Origin: a bacterium
Lineage (GTDB): Bacteria > Krumholzibacteriota > Krumholzibacteriia > G020349025
Assembly (NCBI GenBank): GCA_031362565.1
Contig: JANLSU010000048.1
Span: 8,696-72,695 of the forward strand
Reading direction: 5' to 3'
DNA: 64,000 nt
Positions 41,716 through 53,357 of the stretch are shown piece by piece. Made by a program: the position numbers and the translations under genes. The notes beneath the pieces are model-generated. The model saw only the letters and a program-made list of their open reading frames with translations, ran no database searches and was not told where the DNA came from. Every line of letters starts with the position of its first letter. The stretch's first letter is position 1.

Positions 41716-42070
41716 CGTGTCGACGCCGTGGACACATCCCAGATACGCCGGTTGACGAACGGCGCGCCACGTTTCCGAAACACCACGGCCGCGGCGCCAC
41801 ATTCCGCCAGCCGCGGTCACGGCCTGCCGATTGCCAGGACCGGTTGCAGCGCCAGTCCACCCGCGCCGGCGAGCGCGGGTGTGGCCGAACCGGCCAGAAC
41901 GCCGTCTCGGGCCGGAGGGGTTTGCAGGGTGTGACACGTTGTGCGGCAGCCATCGACTCGGCTCGGGAGCGCAGACGTTTTCCATCCGCGGTCGACCGCG
42001 CTGCATTCGCATCGTCTCCGTACAGCCCGTCCGCTCGGGCGACGAAGAGGCTGTCCACGGCGTTGACACG
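41716..42070. repeat. 19-bp imperfect inverted repeats bounding a 355-bp non-coding segment
   Basis: CGTGTCGACGCCGTGGACA (41716-41734) versus TGTCCACGGCGTTGACACG (42052-42070): 18 of 19 positions complementary. Confidence 0.6.
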
Positions 42071-42099
42071 GGACGAACTCGATCTCGGCGTCGCGATGC

Positions 42100-42141
42100 A
42101 AAAGCAGCGAGAAAAGGCTCGTTCTAGAACGAGTTCTCGCT
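42100..42141 (-). terminator. Probable terminator hairpin after 42167-43351
   Basis: Perfect palindrome CTCGTTCTAGAACGAG inside AGCGAGAA/TTCTCGCT arms, followed on the minus strand by GCTTTTG. Confidence 0.5.
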
Positions 42142-42166
42142 CGATCACACGGCGATGGGTCCGCCT

Positions 42167-43351
42167 CTACCGCAAGGCAGCCAGGACCCGTGAGCGGTGG
42201 TAGTCGGAATCGATCCTGTGGGCGGCTTCGAGGCAGGCTTCGCGGGTCGCGGCGTCGAGACTGCGGCCGTTGGCGAGGGCTTCGAGGACCTGGCCTTTGT
42301 GGTAGTCCGAATCGATGCGGCCCGCGGAGCGCGCGATGCCCTGGAGAAGCTCCGGGGTGAGATCTTGGCCGTCGAGGAGGTCTTGGAGAACCCGGGCGTG
42401 TTCGTAGTCGGAGTCGATGCCGTCGACGGCGGCGAAGTACGGTGTCACGAGACTCGCTCCGAGCATGTGCTTGTCGTTCACATCGCGCAACAGCTCGGCG
42501 CGCTCGTGATCGGAGTCCAGGTCGAGGGCGCCGCGCAGCACGGCTTCGAGAACGCTGGCGTCGCAGGCGCTGTTCTCGAGAATCGCATGCAGGGCCTTGC
42601 GGTGCTCGTAGTCGGAATCGATCTGGTGCGATGCGTCGGCGCAGGCGACGAGCGCCGCGGGCGTGACTGCCGGCACCCGGGTTGCGGCCACCACGAATTC
42701 GGCGAGTTCGTAGTCCGAGTCGATGCCGCGTCCGGCGGCCGGTGCGAGCCGCTCGACCAGCGCTCCATCGGCTTCCGGCAATTTCATCAAGTGTGAATAG
42801 GCGACGCGCTTGTCGTAGCTGCCGTCGTAGAGGGCGATTTCCTTGATGGCACCCTCGATTCCGTCGCGCTGCAGAACGCGCTGCAGGTGGCGCTCGGCGT
42901 GGGCCTTGTTGTAGCGCGACACCGTGCGCAGCACTTCGGCGAACCATTCTTGCGCCGCGGTGTCGATCGACGCCGTGTCACCATCGCGTTTGTACACGCG
43001 GTCCAGACTGCCCGCGTCATTCGAGCGAATCTCGATCGACTGCCGGACGCGCCCCAAACGCCGTTCTTCGGCGCGGAAGTAGCCGCGCTTGTCGATCGAC
43101 GAGATGTCGCGCTCGTCGTCGGCGACGTCGTAGCAACCCTTGCTGTCCACCTTGAGGGTGCGGCCGCCATCCTGGACGCGCAGATGCAAATCGCAGCCGT
43201 CATCGCTCACCCGGATCGAAGCCGGGAAACCGAACTGCACATGACCGGCGCGCGCCGCGGTCGGACCGCAAAACGCCACCACGACGAAACACACCACGGC
43301 CGGCGTCCAGCGCTCGAACCCACTGTTGCGATGCCGAATCGAACCCCGCAT
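42167..43351 (-). CDS. Exported protein with 'IDSDY' helical repeats
   Basis: AAGGAGG RBS; signal peptide; about seven ~35-aa repeats with an IDSDY(E/H) core. Confidence 0.8.
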   Translation of the reverse strand: MRGSIRHRNSGFERWTPAVVCFVVVAFCGPTAARAGHVQFGFPASIRVSDDGCDLHLRVQDGGRTLKVDSKGCYDVADDERDISSIDKRGYFRAEERRLGRVRQSIEIRSNDAGSLDRVYKRDGDTASIDTAAQEWFAEVLRTVSRYNKAHAERHLQRVLQRDGIEGAIKEIALYDGSYDKRVAYSHLMKLPEADGALVERLAPAAGRGIDSDYELAEFVVAATRVPAVTPAALVACADASHQIDSDYEHRKALHAILENSACDASVLEAVLRGALDLDSDHERAELLRDVNDKHMLGASLVTPYFAAVDGIDSDYEHARVLQDLLDGQDLTPELLQGIARSAGRIDSDYHKGQVLEALANGRSLDAATREACLEAAHRIDSDYHRSRVLAALR

Positions 43352-43595
43352 GACGCCGACCTCCTTGGCAGACCTGTCTCGCCGCACCGATCGCGCCCCG
43401 CCCGATCGCCATCGATTCAAGGGGCGGCAGTGCCGGCGAGGCGGGGGCCCCGGGGTCGAGGCCGCATCGGCCCGCCCCGCAACTGATACTCGGATTTGGA
43501 TACGCAGGCCCACGGGCCCGGGTTCGGTGGGGAGCGCCAGGCCGCTGGGGCACCAGGGTGGGTTGGGGGCAACGGGGCCTTCGGCGCCCGGCCGG

Positions 43596-46334
43596 TCAGC
43601 CCGGGATGATCGCCCGCCGGACGTGGAGCAAGCGGCCGGTCGACGCGGCGAAGGCGTACACCAGCAATGCCACCAGATACACCAGGCCGACGGTCGCTGC
43701 CGGGGCATACCAGGCCGAAAAATCGGTGGTGAGCGGGAAGTACGCGACGAGCGTCGCGAGGACGAGATTCGTGCCGATGGCGGCGAACAGGCCGAGGCGC
43801 AAGAGCACCGTAACCAGAATGCCCATCCCGATGGCGCTCGCGACATACGTCACAACCCCGGCGCTCTCACCACCACTTCCCGCCAAGAAACTGAAAATGA
43901 GCCAAATGAGGACCGGCGCCACCGCCGGACGCCGTACCAGCATGCGCAGCGACACCACCATGAACAGCATCACCATCGGCTCGAAGATGACGCCGGTCTG
44001 CAAGTCGCAGAGCATTGCCAGGATGCCGGAGGTGCTCTGCAACGGCGCGATGAGCGTCGTCTCCGGAAGCGACGGCTCACCCATCCGCGCCGCAATCAGG
44101 TCCTTCAGCAAGAAGACCACCAGCATCAGAACGCCCGCCGCCATGCCAAGCAAGAGGTCGCGCCCGACGCGCGGGTCGCGCAGACGCCCCGCCAGAACTC
44201 GATTCCAGCCGATCAAACTGTCCGGCCAATGGCGCCGCACGTAAGGCTCGAGCCCGACATACAGCAGCCAGACGAGCGTCGAGATGAAGAGAATGACTCC
44301 CAAGCAAGGCACGAACAGCGACCACTCGTCGTTCGGGGATGAGGTGTGGTGTGCCGACAGCACCCAGGAGATCAGATTCAGCACCAAGAGGATGAGCGCG
44401 ATGCGCGTCGCGCCGCGGTAGTCGCCATGGCCGCGTTTGACGCTGCGGCGCGCCAGTGCTGCGGCACCCAGAATCAACAAGAACAGGAGAACACCTACAA
44501 AGGTCTGCGCACCGCGCTGTTGCGCCGTCAGTGGCCGTTTCGTCATGCGCTCGGCACGGGTCCACGGCGCGACAATCTGAAATGAACTGATGCGGCCCCG
44601 GTAGGCGCCCGCTTCGACACGCAGCGGCACGCCGGGCAATTCCGGATCCTCGCCGACCCAGGCGGCGCGCCGGTCGGCGAAGGCCTGCGGCACCCACTGT
44701 GGCTCGGCGGTCGAGAACAGCTTCGCGTCGAGACCCGCGGCCGTGAACGCCCGCGTCCAGTCGGGTTCCGATGCCGCCGTTGCCGATGAATCGATCTGCG
44801 CCGGCACGGCTTCGAGGCGGCGCAGGCGCCCGGCCGGATCCAGGACAACGCTCAGCATGCCGGAGTGCAACAGCGGCGGATCGGAGAGCGACACGGCACC
44901 GCCGGTCTCCGTCGTCAACGGCGCCATGCGCTCGGGGCTGCGGCGATACCAGAACGAGATCGCGGCCGTGCGCGGCACCGCGAGTCCATCCCACCGCTGT
45001 GCACCGTGCTGGTGATGACGCACCCAATCGATGTAGTCGACATCCGTGGTGAAACCGCGCGCGTGATCTCCCGGTGCATCCACGTAACCCAGGTCGGCTA
45101 CGATCTGAACGGCACGGTCTTCGAGAACCGCCGGCGGCTTGTGCAAAGGCACACGGTTGACGAGATACCTTTGGCCCGAGACGGCGAGCAGGAGGCCCAT
45201 TCCGGCCAATGCACCGGCGAGCACGCCCCAGGCGACACCGCGGCGCAATCCCCCGGCACCACCTGCCGCCGCAACGATTTCCGGTGACGGCATTTCGCCG
45301 GCCGCGAGCGCTGCCGCCAGCGGATCACCGCCCGGCAAGGATGCGGCGACCGCGAGTGCCGACTCCGGCCGCACCGCCGGGTCTTTGTCGAGACAACGCA
45401 GAATGGCGCGCTCGATGACCGGATCGAGGTCTTCGAGAATCGACGACGGATCCGCCGGCATCTTCTCGCGCTGCAACCGCTCGACTTCCAGAACCGAATC
45501 GGCGCGAAACGCCCGCCGGCCGGTGAAGATCTCGTACAACACGAGCCCGAGTGAATACACATCGCTGCGAATCGAGACGGTGTTGCTCGTCAGTTGCTCG
45601 GGGGCCATGTAGGCCGGCGTGCCGGCGCGCTTCTCTTGCGGGCCGGTGTGCTCGACGAGCACCGCCAAACCGAAGTCGGTGATGCGTACCTTGCCCTGCG
45701 CATCGATCATGATGTTGGCCGGCTTGAGATCGCGGTGCAGCACGCCGCGCTCGTGGGCGGCAGCCAGACCAGCGCAGAGTTGCCGCGCCACGTCGAGCGC
45801 CTTGTCCTCCGGCAGCCGTCCGATGCGGCGCAAGAGCGACCCCAGGTCGTCGCCCTCCACCAGTTCCATCGACAAATACGGCACGCCGTCGATGACACCG
45901 ACGTCGTAGACCCGGCAGACACTCGGATGCGAGACCTGGCGCGCGATACGCACTTCGCCGTAGAAACGCGCCTGGCGATCGGGGTTTTCCGCCAAATTGC
46001 GCGGCAGGAACTTGAGCGCCACCGCTTGCTCGAGCAAGAGGTCGTCGGCCCGGTACACTTCGCCCATGCCGCCCCGCCCCAGCAAGCCGATGATCCGGAA
46101 CCGGCCGCCGACGACGGAACCGGAGGCGAAACCACTGTCCTCGGAACTCTGCGATTGGACCCACGCCGCACTGGAGGCGATCGACGCATAGCGCGGCGAA
46201 CCGGGCGACATGGCGTTCGGGGCGTTGGTCAGAATCGTGCGTTCATTGTCGTCGCTCTGCAACGAGCTGCCGCACGCCGGGCAGAACGGGGTGAGACGGT
46301 CGAGTTCCTGCGAACACGTCGGACACTGCCGCAC
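43596..46334 (-). CDS. Hanks-type Ser/Thr protein kinase with N-terminal Zn ribbon, extracytoplasmic domain and multi-TM C-terminus
   Basis: CPTC..CPAC; LGRGGMGEVY, HRDLKPAN, DFGLA and GTPAYMAPE motifs; several TM helices. Start is uncertain. Confidence 0.92.
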   Translation of the reverse strand: MRQCPTCSQELDRLTPFCPACGSSLQSDDNERTILTNAPNAMSPGSPRYASIASSAAWVQSQSSEDSGFASGSVVGGRFRIIGLLGRGGMGEVYRADDLLLEQAVALKFLPRNLAENPDRQARFYGEVRIARQVSHPSVCRVYDVGVIDGVPYLSMELVEGDDLGSLLRRIGRLPEDKALDVARQLCAGLAAAHERGVLHRDLKPANIMIDAQGKVRITDFGLAVLVEHTGPQEKRAGTPAYMAPEQLTSNTVSIRSDVYSLGLVLYEIFTGRRAFRADSVLEVERLQREKMPADPSSILEDLDPVIERAILRCLDKDPAVRPESALAVAASLPGGDPLAAALAAGEMPSPEIVAAAGGAGGLRRGVAWGVLAGALAGMGLLLAVSGQRYLVNRVPLHKPPAVLEDRAVQIVADLGYVDAPGDHARGFTTDVDYIDWVRHHQHGAQRWDGLAVPRTAAISFWYRRSPERMAPLTTETGGAVSLSDPPLLHSGMLSVVLDPAGRLRRLEAVPAQIDSSATAASEPDWTRAFTAAGLDAKLFSTAEPQWVPQAFADRRAAWVGEDPELPGVPLRVEAGAYRGRISSFQIVAPWTRAERMTKRPLTAQQRGAQTFVGVLLFLLILGAAALARRSVKRGHGDYRGATRIALILLVLNLISWVLSAHHTSSPNDEWSLFVPCLGVILFISTLVWLLYVGLEPYVRRHWPDSLIGWNRVLAGRLRDPRVGRDLLLGMAAGVLMLVVFLLKDLIAARMGEPSLPETTLIAPLQSTSGILAMLCDLQTGVIFEPMVMLFMVVSLRMLVRRPAVAPVLIWLIFSFLAGSGGESAGVVTYVASAIGMGILVTVLLRLGLFAAIGTNLVLATLVAYFPLTTDFSAWYAPAATVGLVYLVALLVYAFAASTGRLLHVRRAIIPG

Positions 46335-46403
46335 GGCTTTCGACTCCAAGGCGAGGGAACGCCGTCCGGGGCTTTGGCGGCCCCGGACGGCTTTGCCCAA
46401 GGG

Positions 46404-47899
46404 TCACTTCTCGAACATCGACTCCACCGGCACGACGCGGACGTCGCGAATCGCCAGCGGGAAGACGGCGATCAGCTTGTCTTGCTCGACCACCGGGGCC
46501 GGCTTCTCCGAGTCGTAGGTGATCGGACTCGGCGCATCGGACAGGAGTGCCGCTTTCAGCTTCTCCGACTCCCCGGTCACCATGGCGATCTTCAAGTTGT
46601 CGTACTGCAGGTGCTTGTGAATCGCCGCGTTGACATCGGCGAGCGTCAGCGCCTGCATCATCTTGCGAAACTCTTCCAGGTGGCTCTTCTCGAGCCCGTA
46701 GAACTGGTCGTCGACGGCATAGCCGAGCCGCGTCGTCGTCGTCTCGGCAAAGTGCAGCACGTACTTGTAGAGGAAGGAGCGCGTCAGTTCGAACTCCTCC
46801 TGGGTCATGCCGTTGTCGACCAAGTCCTTGAGCTCGCCCATCCCAGCGCGCAGCGCGAACTGCGCCTTGTCGTTCTTGAGTGTCCGGATCCAGACTTGGA
46901 AGAGCTGTTGGCGGCGGCCGACATTCGCCGGCGGCATGCGCCGTTGCCCGCCCTCCGGGAACGCCTCGATATACGAGTAGTCCCCGTAGTTCAAGCCGCG
47001 CGCCTCCCGGATCACCTGGTAGAGATGGCTCGAGGAGTTGCGGTGTTCACCGAGCCACGAGTTGGCGATCCACAAGGCGTAGAAATCCTTCTCGCCGCGA
47101 TGCACGTCGAGCGGGAAACCGAACGCGATCGTGCAATCGGCATTCGGTTTGGCGACCATGACCACCTGGTGGCCCTGGATGCTCTTGGGCTGCGGCGGCG
47201 GAACCGCCGCCACCTTCCCAGCCGGCAGCGATTGCACCGATTTCTCGAAGCGCGACTGCAATTCTTTCGAATAGCCGCCGCCCAGCGCCACGACCGCGTT
47301 GTCGCGCGTGAAGTATTTCGCGTAGAAGGCCTTCACATCGTCGAGCGTGATCGACTCCAGGCCCTGCACCGTGCCCGAGGCCGGGAATTGGTACGGAGTT
47401 CCTTCGAACACCGCCCAGTCGAGCGCCGCCTTCGCCAGCTCTTCGTCCGAAGCGTAGCGCAACGTGTTCTTCAGGTAGTTGATCTGATCGCTCTTGAGGC
47501 GATCGAAATCATCCGGCGCAAACGCCGGCCGCAAGTAGGCGTCGGCGAACAGCGCCGCGAATTTATCGGCGTTGTCCAAGTGCGTGCGCCCGCCGAACGT
47601 CGTCATTTCCTTGTCGACGCGGATCTCGTACGCCGACGCCAACGGATACAGCTTCTTCAGGATGTCTTCGTACTTGTTGTCCTTGGTGCTGGCCTGCGAC
47701 AGCATTTCGCCGGTGAGCGCCGCCAAACCTTCCTTGCCGGGCGGATCGTTCTGCGCGCCGACCTTGAACCAGATCCCCATCGTCAGGGTGGGGTCGTCCT
47801 TCACCGGCAGCAGCACCGCGGACGACTTGCCGCGCTCCTGCCCCGATGCGGCTGCAGCCACCAGCAGCACCATTCCGAACATCAGCATCTCCTTGCGCA

Positions 47900-47900
<1 letters not shown>
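46404..47900 (-). CDS. M16 peptidase, non-catalytic subunit
   Basis: Signal peptide; DPPGKEGLAAL and IREARGLNY motifs; no HxxEH. Confidence 0.88.
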
Positions 47901-49243
<1,343 letters not shown>

Positions 49244-49559
49244 TCGCGTTCTCCTTGCGGTTCGGAGGGGTCGCGGCCCCGGCGAGACTTTGGGCCTTGG
49301 CCGGCATCATAGCGCAAGTCGCGGCGCCGCGAAGCGGTGCAGCCTCCGGGCTGCCGCGCCGCGCTGCCGCCGCCGGGAGTGGGCGGGGGGCCGCCGGCTG
49401 GGAGACCGGGCTCCGGTTCGAAGGCGGGGTTACGGTCCGAAAGCGGGGCCACGGTGGTCCGAAAGCCGGGCTACGCCCCGGAACCGGCGCGGCGGCCGCG
49501 CCGCGACTTGCCGCGACTTGTCCACCACCCGTTCGGTCGCCTGCGCTAGAGTCGCCCCC

Positions 49560-49958
49560 ATGGTGCGTTGCGGGGTCGATCTAGTCGAGGTGGCGCGGGT
49601 GCGCGCCGCCATCGAAGCGCACGGCGAACGCCTGCTGGCGCGGGTCTTCACGGCCCGCGAGATCGCCTATTGCGCCGCCCGGCGCGACCCGTTCCCCCAC
49701 TATGCGGCGCGCTTCGCCCTCAAAGAAGCCTTCTACAAGTCGATCCCGTACGGCCACCTCGCGGCGCTCGTGTGGAAGGAAGCCGGACTCCAGCACGGAC
49801 CCGGCGGGGCGCCCGAACTCGAGCTGCACGGCGCGACGCGTGACCAGCTCCACGGCTGGCAGTTCTCGGTGAGTGTGTCGCACACGCGCCGCCTGGCGAT
49901 CGCCCAGGTGTTGGCGCAGCCGCCCGGCGTTTCGTTGTCATTGCACGATTTCGAATAG
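49560..49958 (+). CDS. acpS: Holo-[acyl-carrier-protein] synthase
   Basis: GVDLVE, RVFTAREI, ARFALKEAFYK and VSVSH motifs. Confidence 0.92.
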   Translation: MVRCGVDLVEVARVRAAIEAHGERLLARVFTAREIAYCAARRDPFPHYAARFALKEAFYKSIPYGHLAALVWKEAGLQHGPGGAPELELHGATRDQLHGWQFSVSVSHTRRLAIAQVLAQPPGVSLSLHDFE

Positions 49959-50176
49959 GAACGATGCGGCGGTTATGCGTGCGCGGGTGCGCGTCATCGG
50001 GCGCGCTGAAGCCGGCTTCGATCAGCAACTGAACAACTAGCGAGCCGCAAACACCAGGTGCGACCAGCCCCCCTTTGAGATTCCAGCCGCCCCTTGGAGG
50101 AAGATCTCGGAATAGACGGGCGGGCGCCGTGGTTCCGAACAGGGGTTGGTCGCATTTGCTCCGAGAGCCTTTGAAA

Positions 50177-50647
50177 ATGAGGTGTGCCTTGAAATCAGCT
50201 GCCGTCGTGGTTCTTTTCGCTGCTGCGCTGGGAGTGGCTGGGTGCAAGAGTGACCCGGTACAGCCCATCATCAACAACAACGGGCCGGTCGCACCGACAA
50301 CAGTCCTACGGACTGGAACGTTGACCGCGGAGAACGGCACCCCCACCGCAGGTTCAGTTTCGGTCATCCGCGACGCAAACAACGACCAATGGGTCACGTT
50401 CGGATCAAATTTCACCTCGTCCTTCGCGACCGGAACCGTGACGGTTTATCTGGCGAAGGCTGCGTCGCGCATTGGCGATCAGCGCGTGCTCCCACCGCCT
50501 CCCGTACCGAACATCCTTGCGGCCGGTTTCGTGTCGTCGAACGGCGCTCAGGCGCTGAAGCTGCCGGCGTCGTCGACGGGCTTCGGCTACGTCGTGCTGT
50601 ACTGCGAGACTGCGGAGATCAATTTTGGCAACGCGCCCCTCAACTAG
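50177..50647 (+). CDS. DM13-like lipoprotein
   Basis: VAGC lipobox; VYLA..NGAQ..YVVLYC..INFGNAPL resembles DM13. Confidence 0.65.
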   Translation: MRCALKSAAVVVLFAAALGVAGCKSDPVQPIINNNGPVAPTTVLRTGTLTAENGTPTAGSVSVIRDANNDQWVTFGSNFTSSFATGTVTVYLAKAASRIGDQRVLPPPPVPNILAAGFVSSNGAQALKLPASSTGFGYVVLYCETAEINFGNAPLN

Positions 50648-50663
50648 GGTGCTCGGACTGTCG

Positions 50664-51440
50664 ATGAAAAGAGTCCAACGATTGCTCCCGATGTTCATCG
50701 TGGCAAAAGCGGCGATGGCAGAAGGCGCGACGCTACCGGTTGATCACCGCATGTTCGATGAGCTCCTGCATCGATATGTCACGCCGGCAGGTGTCAGCTA
50801 CCAGGACTGGTCGCAGCACCCCGAGGACATTCAGAAACTGCGCCGGTACTTGAGCGGACTCCAATCCGCAACCCCGTCGCAGATGGGAGCCGAGCCGGCG
50901 CTTGCCTACTGGATCAACCTCTACAACGCTGCGACACTGAACTTGGTGCTGGAGAAGTATCCCATCAAGAGCATCAAGGACATCGGGGCGCCATCATCGT
51001 CGCCTTGGGAAAAGACCGTGGCCACGGTCGAGGGGCGGCCACTCTCGCTCAGTCAAATCGAAAACGACGTGATCCGGCCGAAATTTCACGCCGCTCGGAG
51101 CCATTTCGCGCTGAATTGCGCCGCCCGCGGTTGCCCACCGATTCGGCCGGAAGCCTACGTCGGTGAACGCCTCCGCAGCCAGTTGGAGGATCAAACCAAG
51201 CGCTTCCTGGGTGACAGGAAGACGAACTTTGTCGACGCCACGGGGACGATTTGGCTGTCGAAGATCTTCGAGTGGTATGCAGCCGACTTCGAGGCGGCGA
51301 GTGGATCCGTCTGGGCGTTCGTAGCGCCGTATCTCGAGGGGTCCCCGGCGGGCGCAAGGAGCGCCTCGAAGTCGCCGTTGCGGTACACAGAATACGACTG
51401 GACTCTCAACGAGGCCACGAACAAGCCGCCAAAAGACTAG
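50664..51440 (+). CDS. DUF547 domain protein
   Basis: AYWINLYNA, HFALNCAARGCP, LSKIFEWY and YDWTLN motifs. Confidence 0.9.
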   Translation: MKRVQRLLPMFIVAKAAMAEGATLPVDHRMFDELLHRYVTPAGVSYQDWSQHPEDIQKLRRYLSGLQSATPSQMGAEPALAYWINLYNAATLNLVLEKYPIKSIKDIGAPSSSPWEKTVATVEGRPLSLSQIENDVIRPKFHAARSHFALNCAARGCPPIRPEAYVGERLRSQLEDQTKRFLGDRKTNFVDATGTIWLSKIFEWYAADFEAASGSVWAFVAPYLEGSPAGARSASKSPLRYTEYDWTLNEATNKPPKD

Positions 51441-51499
51441 GCGTGCGGATGCATTCGCGCGCAAGCTGCCGGAACACTTTGCAAACAAAGGCTGCATGA

Positions 51500-52348
51500 A
51501 TGAAACCGCTTGTTGCCCTGACGCTGGCTTGCAGCTTTCTCCTGCTCGGCGGCGAGGCCCACGCGGGTGGCGGCTGGGCAAGGCGGCCGCACTCCCTTTA
51601 CGTGAAACTTGCGGCCACGACCTTGACTTCCGATGCCTTTCACATCAGCAACGGCACCGTCGTCCGAACGGCGGACTTCAACACTCAGACCCTGCAGCTG
51701 TACGTTGAATACGGAGTCCTCAACCGGCTCTCGGCCGTCCTGGACGCGCCGGTCTTCAAACGCGCCGCCTACGTCACAGCAAGCTCCGCGAGTGGGATCG
51801 GTGACCTGGGGCTAACGCTGAAATACGCCATCCTGACCGGGCGATTCCCGGCGTCGTTGGGGATCGGCGCCGAATTTCCGACCGGAAACCGGCAGGCCTT
51901 TGGGGTCAACAAGAACAATCCCGAAGTGCGGATCGTCTTGCCGACCGGAGACGGTGAATTCAACACCTGGCTCCGCACTTATGTTTCGCATTCGTTTCAC
52001 CTCTGGCCGGGGTTCGCGTCGATCGATGTCGGCTACAATCTTCGGACGATGGGCTTCACGAATCAATATCAAGCCAACCTGCAGTTGGGTTACAAGGCAT
52101 CGAACGCCGTCTGGGTGTTTGGCGACCTCCGTCGGTTTGCGACCGCGGGCACACCGCGAGGCGGTGCCGTATTCTCGTCCATCGGCATCGGCGAAGGCGT
52201 CGAATACACATCCTATGGCATGGGGCTCTCCGTCGAAGTGGCGCCACATACGGATCTGACGGGCAACGTCTCCGGTGGTCTGGGGAGGGCCAAGAACATC
52301 TATTCGGGGCTCAATCTCGGATTTGGCATCGCAGTCGATCTGCCATAA
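51500..52348 (+). CDS. Outer-membrane beta-barrel protein (transporter-like)
   Basis: Signal peptide; YVEYG, GIGDLGL and EFPTG motifs; amphipathic strands. Confidence 0.65.
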   Translation: MKPLVALTLACSFLLLGGEAHAGGGWARRPHSLYVKLAATTLTSDAFHISNGTVVRTADFNTQTLQLYVEYGVLNRLSAVLDAPVFKRAAYVTASSASGIGDLGLTLKYAILTGRFPASLGIGAEFPTGNRQAFGVNKNNPEVRIVLPTGDGEFNTWLRTYVSHSFHLWPGFASIDVGYNLRTMGFTNQYQANLQLGYKASNAVWVFGDLRRFATAGTPRGGAVFSSIGIGEGVEYTSYGMGLSVEVAPHTDLTGNVSGGLGRAKNIYSGLNLGFGIAVDLP

Positions 52349-52481
52349 TCGGCAGAGCGGCGGGAATTTCTGAGGACCGCCCGGGGTTCGGGAATGTGGT
52401 GACTGGTCGGCGTATTCACGGGCCACTCGGTTCACCGGTTTGCCGGCCCGGTAGGCCAACGCTCGAAGGGGAGTGATTCCG

Positions 52482-53357
52482 ATGCACGGTCGTGTTCTTC
52501 GGTATGGTCTCGGCATCGCGCTCGTGGGATTTCTGATCTCCGGCGCCGCGAATGCCGCCCTCCTCGAGGGGCAGACCGCCCCCAACTTCACCAAGGACCA
52601 GCTCGATGCCCCTGCCCCGGCGGCGCGCTCCCTGTCCAACTACGCCGGCAAGGTCGTGGTGCTCTTCCTCCAGGGTTACAACTGACCCTTCTGCCTCACC
52701 GACGGTCCGTCGGTGCAGCAGGACATCTGGACGGCCTACAACAACTCTCACCCGGGACAGGTCCAGGTGATTGGCGTCGATCTCTACAACGGTACCGCCG
52801 CCCAGGAGCGGTCGTTCGGCAATGCCACGGGCGCGACGTATCCTCTACTCCTGCGGGGCGCCGACGGCGCGGCGGGCGTTGGAAACTTGAACACGCTGTA
52901 TATGCCGACGTCGGGCGTCACTTACGACAACTACGTTGTGATCAACAAGCACGGCATCGTGCGATACCACGCTGCGAACCGCTACGCGCACGGCAACCGG
53001 TACCACTTGAACGAGATCCGGGGGACAGTCGACTCGCTCGTGACGAACCCGACGGACGTTGGCGACGGGCCCGGCCCGCTCGGATGGTCGCTTCGTGTCA
53101 CCCCGAGCCCGTTCCATGCCACGACCTCGATCGAGTTCGTGAACGATGGACCTGCAACAACGGCTCGCCTGCGCGTCTTCAACCTTGCGGGACGCGAGAT
53201 CGCGGCTCGGTCCGCGAGCGCGGTGCCGCGGGGACCCGGCCACCTGTCGTGGGATGGGCGGGATACCGCCGGGAATCGGGTCGCCTCGGGCGTGTATCTG
53301 GTGCGAGTCGAGGTCGGAAGGGTCCGACTCACCAGTCGCGTGGTGTATCTCGAATGA
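52482..53357 (+). CDS. Secreted selenocysteine-containing redoxin (AhpC/TSA-TlpA fold, UxxC) with FlgD/T9SS-like C-terminal domain
   Basis: ORFs 52473-52685 and 52713-53357 are in the same frame. TGA 52683-52685 reads GKVVVLFLQGYN-U-PFC, at the CxxC position, and a SECIS-like hairpin follows. Confidence 0.82.
52689..52723 (+). promoter_or_regulatory. Bacterial SECIS-like element
   Basis: Upper stem CACCGACG (52697-52704) / CGTCGGTG (52708-52715) with a G-containing loop; lower stem TTCTGC/GCAGGA; immediately 3' of the UGA. Confidence 0.72.

Noticed and set aside
49960..50070. Ankyrin-like remnant (VVQLLIEAG) on the minus strand
   Set aside because: Too short, has no start or context, and could be chance.
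52473..52685. 70-aa ORF plus separate 214-aa ORF, or a nonsense pseudogene
   Set aside because: The TGA falls precisely at the redox Cys position and is followed by a SECIS-like hairpin, so selenocysteine readthrough explains it better.
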